Shown here piece after piece: positions 40,666 to 52,600 of a stretch of DNA of 64,000 nt (the first letter of the stretch is position 1; each line of letters starts with the position of its first letter). The stretch is from Hypanus sabinus. Its lineage: Eukaryota. The translations under genes were made by a program, and so were the position numbers. A model generated the notes under the pieces. It saw only the letters and a program-made list of their open reading frames with translations, was not told where the DNA came from and searched no databases. The stretch is taken from contig NC_082722.1 of the NCBI RefSeq assembly GCF_030144855.1, positions 44,454,001-44,518,000 of the forward strand, read 5' to 3'.

Positions 40666-43600
40666 GTAAGTGGATATCTCCAGTTAAATACAGTTAATGA
40701 GGAACTGCAAGCAAATTTTACAGCAAAGGACTTGTACATTAGGTTTGGAACCTTCTCCGTAAAGGCTGTCGAGTTACACTGCTAAACTTCCTGATTATTT
40801 TAATTTGAAAGGAAAAATCTACATTCTTGTATGCTCCAATACCAAATCACCATCGACGTTTGTTCTGTGAGTGAAAGGGAAGGGAAGGGGAGAAGACTTT
40901 GATTAACCCTTTGTGAGTGAAAGGGAAGGGAAGGGGAGAAGACTTTGATTAACCCTTTGAGGTGCAGTCAGATTTGTTTCAGTTTTTTGTTAGTCCAAGT
41001 CTATACAAAGGTTGGCAATCTGTGGGACTGGATGAGAAGCTTGCAATGTTTTGTTTCAGTTTCTGTTTTTTTATAGGTCCATTCTGGCAGTTTTAGGTAC
41101 AGCCCATACTTCTCATTGCTGCACCTTCTGCCTGGGTACTCGATTCTTGGTTGCACCTTTACCTTGTGAACTGTCCGAGTTACAAATAATCTTCAGTAAC
41201 AGGACCCTACCATAACCGGAGGAAAATCTGCATTATGGATTAATGTGTTTTTTTTCTATTCTGTTGGTATCACTGGCAAGAAGAGCATTTATTACACATC
41301 TCTTATTGTCCTTGAGAAGGTGGTATTATGTGTATACATAGTAAAGAACTTCAGTTTCCAGTGTGCAATGCAGGAGGTTCGCCCCAGAACCAGAAGTGAC
41401 ATTGATGAGCTGGTGGCACACACTCAGGTCCAGCAGAAGCCATCCTGTAGATAAATATGTGTCTTACCCGTGCTAAGTTTGTCAAGAACAAGCATAACAT
41501 GGTAATAGAAGCACGATCCGAACCCATGTCTTAATTATGTCCCAACCACAGAATGACTGTTGTATGAGGATACAGTGCGTGTTGATAAGGCTGCAGAAAT
41601 ACGATAAGAAGATGACCTGCACAGCAGGAAAATACATGTTTGCTGCTGATGTGCTGTCTTGAGCAGTCAACAAGAAAGAAAAGAGTGACCAAGAGATTAA
41701 TGCTGATACAGAGGCCTATGTCGACATGACTGTAGTCTCCATTCCATTATCTCCCCATAGAACAGGTGAGATTAGGACAGCAGCAGGAACAAAAGAAACA
41801 ATGAAAGTACTTAAAGAGACAGTACAGAAAAGATGGCCAGCAAATAAAAATGGCTGTCCAATGTGTATTCAGGATTATTGAACTGTCAGTAATGGAATGT
41901 AAAGGGGGTTTCTTCTTTTTTCTTTGTTACTGTTGGGAAAGGGTTTCTTTTTGTTAACTAGCAGGAATGCTATGCTAATTTACTGATACCGAGAATGGTA
42001 TTCCTTTGTAAACCAAATGGGGATTAATGTTCTTTCTTCTGAGTCTGTAAGCTTTTGTTGACGGGCTTTTGGGCAGATCGGCGCGAGGAGGTCGAGAGAG
42101 AGGACGCAATGCTCTAAGCTGGGCGAGGATCGGACCCCAAAGGGGGGTCCGAGGCCGGGAGATTCTCCGAGGAGGGGGGGGGATGAAGCGAGATGTGCTT
42201 GGTTGACCACTCGGAGGGTCCTGAACTGTTTGGAGAGTCCGAGGAGTTCGGAGGGGATCGAATGGTGGCCAGAAGACTTCAGTAATTGAGCTCCAACGGC
42301 TGTGCACGAAGTGGTTTGGACTTTGGGGCCTTTTCTTTAATTTTCTCTTCATATATACTGTATCGTTATTAATCACTTAGTTATAGTAACCTTTATAAAT
42401 TGTACTCATTTAATCGCATATGGTGTACTGTCTGTTTTTGGGTGAGGCGGGGACATCACACAGCATCCACACCAGCTGATTACCCAGTTTGGCGGGGCCG
42501 AAGGCTGCTCCCCCTAGACGAAATGAGCTGAGCGAGCCTGAGGCGACCCAGGGGGTTACATTGTGGGGTGCTCGTCCGGGGTTGATTTCTGTGGAAGCTG
42601 TGTGATCACCCTCTTTAAATTGTGTCTGCGGCGAAGAGCTGGTGTGCCTTTGTGGGTGTGTGATTGCTGGTTATCGCTGCGTGTGTGTTGGGTGGGGTGG
42701 CTGCTGTTGGTAGCCCGGAGGTCGTTGTTCGAGTTCCAACTAGTGCTGACGAAATGGTGATGGGACCATGGGTTGTCCGTACTGTTTGGAGAGTGAGGAG
42801 TGACAGGTTGGGATGTTTCAGCAGTGGTGAGTTCCGCCCGGTTATTGGAATAATGTCCAGCCCTAAAGGGGCGGAAGCGTGGGCGGAGCGGACCCCTCAG
42901 TTGTTGGGTGAGTGGCAGTACTTGGCTGAGGAAAAGCGACAGGGACGGGCTGGTGACTTTGTTAGAACTGTCGGGCGCAATTACCTCGAAGTGACCGCTG
43001 CCAGTTCTGGGAAAGTGTGGGAAAATGCGTGTGGTTTGACTGGAAGTCAAATGCCGCAGCTGGGGGGCTTATTATATCTGTGGCAGGAGATTGGTGGGAA
43101 GTTTTTAGGGTATCCCTTTTTGCCTAGGGGGGCAGATAAATTGCTTGTGGTGCCAAGGGGATCTGTCAAGGGGATCAGTTGTTCCGTTGATTCGAGAGGT
43201 GTCGGGAAACTTAGAGGAGGCCCAGTGGGGGAACGGCTTGGGGTCTCTGGGGGAGCACGTTCCCAGCAATGTACCAAGGAACTCCCGAAAGGAGCAGACC
43301 CTATTCCTGAAGGCTTAGAGGGGCCACGCGTACAGGTGTTGTTATGGATGGATGGAAGTCAATTTAAAGCCATCCTCGGCACCGGGGCGCCGGTTAAGTT
43401 GCTGTACAGTTTGTTTCATAACCGTTATTGGAAGCATTTACCCTTGACAACATTGAGGACACTGGAGATTCGGGGTACCAGTGCCGGTGATTATCCAGAC
43501 GACGGTTGTTGGTCAGTGAAAATGGAGTTCTTGGAGGCAAATGTGGAGGAGACTGAGGTTCATGAATCGTTAATGCTGATGTGTCCGGACACTGTTCAGA

Positions 43601-46600
43601 CGGGCAGCGTTTCTGTTCTAGAGAGAACCAATATCCTGCTGGTGCGCTTGGGAGCCTGCCCGGAGGAGGCGGGTGAGCGCTGTTTGTTGGCATTGTCGAT
43701 GCACCCAGAGTTTCGAGCTGCTTGTGCGGACGTGTGCAGCAGCATTGGGCCGATACCGAATTCAAACAAGAGCCAGTGGTGGTATGGCCTGGGGGAAGTA
43801 TCTGAGGGTGAGACCCTCTTCGTGGACGCTGCGAAATACCACGAGGGAGAGGAGTTGACTGCTGAAGACACCTCGGAGAGAGAGAGGTTGCGGCGACTGG
43901 CCCCTACAGCCGTGGAAGACGTAGGCAGCGTGTGTGTGGATTATAGTGTGTTGAAGAGGCGCACTGTCAGTGACCAGAATATGGTCCTGAGGGCCAGAGA
44001 GGCGATGGCCTGTCTGAGTGGTGTGAAGTGGTTTAAGGTGCTGGATCTGAGGAGTGGATGTTGCCAGATCCCGATGAGTGGGGCCGACAAGGACAAGACG
44101 GCCGTTATAAATTCCCTAGGAGTCTTCGGTCCGAAAAGATGCCACAGGGTATATCTGGAGCCCTTGCAACCTTCCTGCGGGGCAGGTGGAAGACCATAGG
44201 GGAGTTTTGGTGTATGTGGATGATCTCTTGGTATTTGGATTTGCCTCAGGAGAATATGAAGTGAGGTCGTTGCAGGAGCAGCTGAGAACTACAGAGTTAA
44301 AGTGTTTTCTGGACACGTGCCAGGGCTGGCGAAGGTCGCAGCTCGTGAGTGACTGTCTCTACGGAATCAAGTTTGAAATGAAGACGGAGAGACTGGAGAA
44401 AGCGATCTGGAACCAGTCGGAAGATTTACAAGTTGGAGAGAATGAAGAAAGTTGTCTGACTGAGGGTAATAGCAAACTGAGAACCCGGAGAGGGGAGTTT
44501 GCGGAGGTGAAGAAATTACAGACGAGTCTCAGAAGAGAGAAGCGGAAGCTTGAAGGGAACCTGAAGATGACCATCGACAGTTCAAATGAAGTGCGAAACC
44601 TGAAAGTTGATCTGGAAGAAGTCATGAGGAAGAAAAAGCTGGAGAGAAGTGCAGTGAATACTGAACAGGAGGCTGAAGAGACTGCGGGAGCAGTGCAGGC
44701 CACATGTTTCCGTTTGGAGAAGATCAAACAGCAGCTACCGATCACAGGAATGAGGAAGAATACAGATTCCATGGATGATGTGCTGGATGTGTGATACATG
44801 CTGCCTTTTGCTGACTTTCCCTCGATTGAGGAAGAGACCTTTGGCCCTTCTCCCATTGAGTCAGGTGTAGTGGGGAGGGTTAGCTGTGTGCAGTGTGGGG
44901 CATGAGTGAGAGGTTGAGAGAGGAGTTGGTAGTGGGCCCAAGGTATTCCCAGTTGTGTCCAAGCCTGAAGGGTTTAGGTGAGGGGGTACAGAGGCCTCAG
45001 AAGGGTTAGGGAACTCCCAGATAGTTGGCCTAAGTAGCGCCTGAGGAACAGGGCGTGAGGGTTACTGTGTGGGGAGGAGATGTCACTGTTTGTGCTTGGA
45101 TTACGGTGTGTTGGCAGGAAAGGTGGCGAGTTATTTAGTAGTCATGAGGACATGACTTATTTGGTGGAGGGAGAGTGTAAAGGGGGTTTCTTCTTTTTTC
45201 TTTGTTACTGTTGGGAAAGGGTTTCTTTTTGTTAACTAGCAGGAATGCTAATTTACTGATACCGAGAATGGTATTCCTTTGTAAACCAAATGGGGATTAA
45301 TGTTCTTTCTTCTGAGTCTGTAAGCTTTTGTTGACGGGCTTTTGGGCAGATCGGCGCGAGGGGGTCGAGAGAGAGGACGCAATGCTCTAAGCTGGGCGAG
45401 GATCGGACCCCAAAGGGGGGTCCGAGGCCGGGAGATTCTCCGAGGAGGGGGGGGGATGAAGCTAGATGTGCTTGGTTGACCACTCGGAGGGTCCTGAGCT
45501 GTTTGGAGAGTCCGAGGAGTTCGGAGGGTCCTGAGCTGCGAGTCGAGGAGTTCGGAGGGGATCGAATGGTGGCCAGAAGACTTCAGAAATTGAGCTCCAA
45601 TGGCTGTGCACGAAGTGGTTTGGACTTTGGGGCCTTTTCTTTAATTTTCTCTTCATATATACTGTATCGTTATTAATCACTTAGTTATAGTAACCTTTAT
45701 AAATTGTACTCATTTAATCGCATATGGTGTACTGTCTGTTTTTGGGTGAGGCGGGGACATCACACAGCATCCACACCAGCTGATTACCCAGTTTGGCGGG
45801 GCCGAAGGCTGCTCCCCCTAGACGAGAACGAGCTGAGCGAGCCTGAGGCGACCCAGGGGGTTACAGGAAGATAAGGTCTTCAAAGGGAGCAGGTTTGTGA
45901 ATCCAGTGTCACTGCACACGGAAATGCTCCAAAAGATACATGAAGGGCATCTTGGTGAGGAAAAATATGAATGTAGAGCTTGTGAAGTGATGTGCTGGCC
46001 AAGAATGAACCAAGACATTAGCCAGACCACAGCTTCATGTGAGATATGTCTCATCTACAGACCAAAGCAGAAAGCAAAACCATTTACACCACACCCTGTA
46101 CCAGACAGGCCGTAATTTGAAGTTGGAGTGGATTTGTTTGAATGTTAGGGGAAGAGTCATACTGTTGTAAGAGACAACTTTTCCAATTACCCAGGGTTTC
46201 AACACTTCAATCAACATCCTGTAAAGCAGTTGTCACCTTCCTGAAAGCTGTGTTTGTGAGGCATGGAGTTCCATGTGAAGTGGTATCTGACGTATAACTT
46301 CAAGCCCACATCACCCAAAATCTAATGGCCGAGTAGAGTGTGGTCAAGGTAGTGAAGGGCCTCATGAAGATTGCAGAAGATGTACAAGAGGACTTCCTCA
46401 ACAGAAGTTTACCACTTTAGACTGGCCTTTCACCAGCCCAAATATTGATGGCCGACACCTAAAGGAGCACACAAGGTCAAACTGGCTAAAGAAAAACAGA
46501 AACAGTATGACGACAAGACTGCAAAAAGCCTACCAGTCCTGAAGCCTGCAGATCAAGTGTGAATCTGAGACCGCAATTCCAACAGGTGATCCATGCAAGG

Positions 46601-49600
46601 ATCTGTGCAAGAGGAAGTTGCTCCACATTCCTACCAGACCCAGTCAGAATAGAAATACTAAGAAGGAACTGTGTGGATCCATGACCACAAAGTCCAACCC
46701 ATAGCTGTGACACGTCACATTTTAGAATACCAATGGGCCTATCATATGTGAAAAATAAACTTATTGATCAGAGTTTTCAGAAAGGCACTAATAATAATAC
46801 AGCAAAGGAAGGCAATACATCTGTGAAAATAAATAGCAGACCAAAAAGGATCACCAGACCACTGCAGAGACTGACTGAAAGGTGTTGAGTGAATAAGAGA
46901 CTGTATTTGCTCATTACAATTGAGGTTAATGTAAACACCTTTGTGGAAGGCATTAATGTTTCTTGCAGGTTTATGAGGACATAGTATTCTGTTTTTTTTT
47001 AAAGGGATAAGATGTGTTGTTATGTGTATACATAGTACAGAATATCAGTTCTCAGTATGCAAAGTAGGCAGTTCACCCCAGAACCAGAAGTGATGCTGGT
47101 GGCGTGCACTTGTGTTGAGCAGAAACTATTCTGTAAATAAAAATGTGTTGGTTTTACCCAAGCTAAGTTTATCTTTTATCAAGAACAAACATAACAGTAC
47201 CATCAAACACGAGGAAATTTGCAGATGCTGGAAATTCAAGAAACACACACAAAATGCTGGTGGAACACAGCAGGCCAGGCAGCATCTATAGGGAGAAGTC
47301 CTGATGAAGGGTCTCGGCCCGAAACGTCGACAGTGCTTCTTATAGATGCTGCCTGGCCTGCTGTGTTCCACTGGCATTTTATGTGTATAACAGTACCGTG
47401 TCAGTTTGTGAAACTGCAGCAGTCCTGGGGAAGGAATGCTATGCGGGTCTTGCTCATAACAGCTGCGTAACATTATTAAACAGTGCACAAAGAAGGAAAC
47501 AGCACAATTATCATAGATTTTGCAATGGGTAGTTTAGCAGAATAACAGGTCCTGAGTCCACTCAGGAATATGAAGCCCACCCTCTGTGGATCCACCAGTC
47601 CACTAGAGGCTGGAGACTTGAGAACAGAGACGGCCTGTCGTAGTGTTGGAGGACTGTATGGCTGGGAGAGAGGAATGGGGCATGTTTTGTTGGTTGTTGT
47701 GTTTTGTGTTACTCTGCCAAACATTTTCAGCTTGCTATGTTGGTACCAGAATTTGTGGCTGCCCCAGCACATCCTTCGATTGTGTTGACTGTTAACACAT
47801 GATATATTTCACTGCTGTACATGTGATAAATAAATTTATGTCAATCAACAAATGTGATTTATGTTTCAATTTTTAATAGGAAAAAATTATATTGTGAAGG
47901 TCTTTTCTATCATTTAGAAAAATATAGCTCTTTGAGGATAATGCGTGGTGAGAAAGTGAAACTGGAAATAGGTAACCAAATGTGGTAGTACAGTACTGTT
48001 AATTTTTATTGAAAGGGAACTAATAAAATAAATTGAACCAAATAAAAGAGGAACTTAACAAAATGATCATTGGCTGCTTTGAAATTATACTGCATGGTAA
48101 TGATTTAAAATCATTGTAACCCAAAGTTAACATTTTCAGTTGAATTTGTATCAGTTGCAAATTAAATTAAACACTTCCATTGGGATGAGTAAAATGGCAC
48201 CTGATGTTTCCCAGCTGTTCATGGCAATTCATGTTATACACCTTCCTGACATAAAGTGGAGCCCCCGAGACTTGTGGCCCCAATCCAATGCAAACATTGT
48301 GTATTTCTAAGCCATGAAGCTGATAGGAATTATATTTCTTTCCTGTAGAATTTTACAAACCAACTATTCTTTTTTAACCAATTAATGATTTGTTGTCAAT
48401 CAAAAAATTACAGATGCTGGTAATCTGAAAAAAGACACAAAATGATGGAAACTCGGGTAGCATCTGTGGGGAGAAAAAGAGTAGACGTTTGTCAAGGCTG
48501 ATAAACTGACATGTTTTAAAACTTACTTCCTTTTGCATTTTCATCTTTTTAATATAGCTACATTGGATTTGGAAGTCAACCCAACAGTGTTGCATGCCAC
48601 AATTGGTGAAGAAGTCCTACTAAGTTGCTTATTTTCACACCACACTAAACCTGACTTGAGCTACATTGTGATTGAATGGAACCAGAGAACAGGAGATAAT
48701 GAAAAGGCTATTTGCCTGTTTGATTTTGGAGAATATGAAAGCTATAGACCTGGTTCAAGTCTCTCTTTAAATGAAATAAGCAAAGGAAATGCATCTTTAC
48801 TCCTAAAAAATGTTACTATTAGTGACATTGGATCATACTCCTGCACAGTTACAATATTTTCTGATAAAAAAGTGGGGAGAGTTACTTTGTCGATTTCAGG
48901 TGAGTACAGAGATAATATCTGAAATCTGTCAAAACTGTGTTAGTTTAAAACTTGAAATGTTAATAATGATAAAAATTACCACATGCGTTTGGTGAAAATA
49001 CACCCACATACCAAAGAGTTTCAGTGCTCATCTGCATAATGGTGGTGATTTGAAATCCATTGTTAATTTTAAATCTGAGACTAATTATGTTATTGAGAGT
49101 AGAAATAGCGTTAAGAATAATTGAAGCAAACTCTGAAGAAGCTCAATATCCAAAATATAAACAAGTGTCATCTGGTCTGTGCCAAACCATTTAAACTGCC
49201 CACTCCCATCGACCTGCACCAGGACCATAACCTTCCATACCACGACCATCCATGTACCTATCCAAACTTCTCTTAAACGTTGAAATCAAACTTGCATGCA
49301 CCACCTGTGCTGTCCACTCACTCATGAACCTCTGAGTAAAGAAGTTTCCCCTCATGTTCCCCTTAAACTTTTCACCTTTTACACTTAACCCATCTCCTCT
49401 GGGTGTAGTCCCACCCAATCTCAGTAGAAAAAGCCTGCTTGCATTTACCATATCTATACCCTTCATAATTTTGTGTACCTCTATCAAATCTCCTCTCGAT
49501 CTTCTACATTGCAGGGCAGAAATTCCAAACTGATTCAGTCATTCCTTGCTGGAGACATTGAGTAGATCAGATAATATCAGTGGTAAGAGAAAAAAAAGTG

Positions 49601-52600
49601 AACATTCCAGGGCAATGTCTCTTCATTAGAAAAATTCTAAGGAGGGTGAGCTGGGCAAAGGTGGACAGATGGCCACTGAACAAACATGATTTTGTTGAAC
49701 AGCAACACACTCTGGAAAATGGGAGGAGTGGGCAGGGTATTAACTTGCTCCATTGCAAAGCACCATGAACATGTTATATTTGAAGTGATATCAAATGAGA
49801 AAGCTTATGAAGGAAATGCAATATACATCCTGCTTCTTTTATTATTGTAGCACCTCCTGCAGTCTGGGTAAACACTGTAAGTATTACAATTGAACCTGGT
49901 GAAGAACAAGCAATTATTTGTGAGATGCGGGACTTTTACCCAGAGAACCACTCTGTCATTTGGTTAAAAAGTGGCTCAAAAGACAGTGGAAACCAGATCG
50001 ATATCACATCCCAAGCAGTTTTCGGAACACCTCAGCAAAATCAAGATGGGACATTTAATCTGATTTCATTCCTAATCATCAAAGGAAACCAATCAGATGA
50101 TGGATCTTTTTATATCTGTCAAGTCAATCATGAAGCCTTAAAGTCACCAGTGCGAAGAGTCATTAGTTTGACCACAAAGGGTGAGTTACAATTAATGAGG
50201 TTGGTTATGCCCTGTTTATTCTTATTTAGGGAAGCTTGGTTAAAATTTTGTGTAACTGAGCCACATGACTGTAAGGAACAGACATCATCCAGTCCCTTGT
50301 CTAATGGTAAATCAGTTCCTTAACATTAGTCTGACTTGTTAACACCGTTACATTGTTTGCTGTGTTTCATTTAAAACAAGTTTTTGTCACTTATTTGCAA
50401 TATGTCTACGCAGTATTCCAATAGGAAAAAACTGCCAACCTTTGAACTCACTTTATCAGAAATATATACGGCAATAAAACAGTTTTATAGCTGCATTTCA
50501 CTGAGACTATTGATATCATATCTGAATCATGTGGTTTCTAAATTATTTCTGCTGTTTCATTGTCAAATTATGCAAGACAGTCCTTTGACATGAGCATCTG
50601 ATAGTTTGCAAAATTATACTCAGTAAATAATTAAATAAAAAATTTTGATCAGTTAGCTCTCTGACCTAATGTGAAGGAGCCTCTGAACCAAACTACATGG
50701 GAAATATTAATGTAAAGTGGACATAATCTCCCAGAGAGGGATGCATTTCCCTTAATGTTTGAATGAGGTACTATATTAAAGTGTGGTTTATTTTCCAGGA
50801 ATACCATTACACCGTTTTAAAGAAGAGCTCAATGTCTCTTCATGACATGGTCAATGTTTGTCCCTCCCCAGGATGTTCCGTCAGTACCAAAAGCACTTTT
50901 CTGCTCATTGTCATACTCAAAATACTAGAGCAGTGGTTCCCAACCTTTTTTAATGCCATGGGCCGATGCCATTAAGCAGGGGATCCATGGACCCCAGGTT
51001 GGGAACCCCTGTTCTAGAGTAACTCCCCCAGCATCTGGATTTCCAGCATCTGCAGAATCCTTTGTGCTCATCATCATTTGCTGTTTGAAGGAGCTTGCTG
51101 TGTTGAAATTGATAGTCTTGCTTCCTGCATCTAAGATTTCAGTTTGAATGTATTTCATTGGTGGCTAAATGCTTTGGAATGTTCTGAAAGTGATGCAAAA
51201 ATATCATACCAATGAAATTCTTCATTTCTTTTGGAGCGTTTAAGTGAACGTTGCTGGAACCAGAGCTAGGGGAAACTCAAATTTGCACAGGGATACTTAC
51301 TGCTGCAGTCGATACTCATCCACTTGCTCTGCATAAATATGAAACCAATTGAATTCCCAGGTCCCAGAGCTTTATTGCCAAGCCAACATAGCTGAAAAAT
51401 TATCAACATCATATCTTTGGCATTTATATTGATCAAATATGGGATCAATATTTGTTACTGATAATATGATTTCATTCTGAATCACTTTTCTCTTCAAGTT
51501 TCTTCCCTAAACTTTGTCAATAGTAAGAACATAAGACATAGAAGCAGAATTAGGCCGTATGACCCATTGAGTCTATTTCGCCCCTCAGTCATGGCTGATT
51601 CTTTTTTTCCCCTCCTCAACTCCATTACCGGCCTTCTCCCTGTAACCTTTGATGCCATGTTCAATCAAGAACCTACCAATCTCTGTCTTAAATGCACTCA
51701 ATGACCTAGCCTCCACAGCTCTACGTGGTAAAAAAATTCTACAAATTCCCCACTCTCTGGCTAAAGAAATTTTTCCACATCTCTATTTTAAATGGACTCA
51801 CCTCTATCCCAAGGCTATGCCCTCTTGTCTAGACTCCCCCACCAAGGGAGACATCCTTTCCACATCTACTCTGTCTAGGCCTGTCAACATTGAAAATGTT
51901 TCAATGAGATCCCCCCCCCCCCCACCAACCTTCTGAATTCCAGCGAGTACAGACCCAGATCCATCAAATGTTCCTTTTATGATAATCCTTTCAATTTGGG
52001 AATCATCCTTGTGAACCTCCTCTGAACCCTCTCCAATGCCAGTACATCTTTTCGTAGATGAGGAGCCCAGAGCTGTTCACAATACTCTAGGCGAGGCCTC
52101 ACCAGTGCCTTATAAAGCCTCACATCCTTGCTCTTGTATTCCAGACCTTTTGAAATGAATGCCAACATTACATTTGCCTTCCTCACCACTGTTTCAGCCT
52201 GCAAGTTAACCTTTAGTATGTTCTGCACAAGGACTCACAAGCCCCTTTGCAACTCAGATTTTTGGATTTTCCCCAGTTTAGAAAATAGTCTGCACATTTA
52301 TTTCTATTACCAAAGTGCATTTTCCAACATTGTATTTCATTTGCCACTTTCTTGCTCATTCTCCTAATCTCAGTCCTCGTGCAGTTTACCTGTTTCCTCA
52401 ACACTACCTGCCTTTCCACCATTCTTTGTATCATCTGCAAACTTGGCAACAAAGCCATCTATTCCATCATCTAAATCATTAATATAGAGCGTAAAAAGAA
52501 GTGGTCCCAACACCAACCCTTGTGGAACAGCACAAGTCACTGGCAGCCAAACCAGACAAGGATCTTCTTATTTCTACTCGCTGCCTCCTACCAATCAGCC

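Larger units (their letters stand above)
41321..47196 (+). mobile_element. Old internally deleted Gypsy element (host of the nested young element)
   Basis: Diverged LTRs at ~41321-41499 and ~47015-47196. tggtaatagaag PBS-like site; PPT aaagggataaga. Integrase Zn-finger remnant IHEGHLG...CEIC...PVPDRP (45897-46115) is continuous across the GGAA insertion site. Confidence 0.8.

Noticed and set aside
41975-42376. Minus-strand ORFs repeated in the LTRs ([10 protein letters not shown]...)
   Set aside because: They recur only because the LTR sequence recurs; their lengths and frames differ among the three copies and no domain is recognisable.
42664-44199. 511-aa ORF as a functional or domesticated gene
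   Set aside because: It is decayed gag-pro-RT: the protease catalytic D is replaced (GTG), the RT motifs are spread over three frames, and the G-rich strand is poor in stops.
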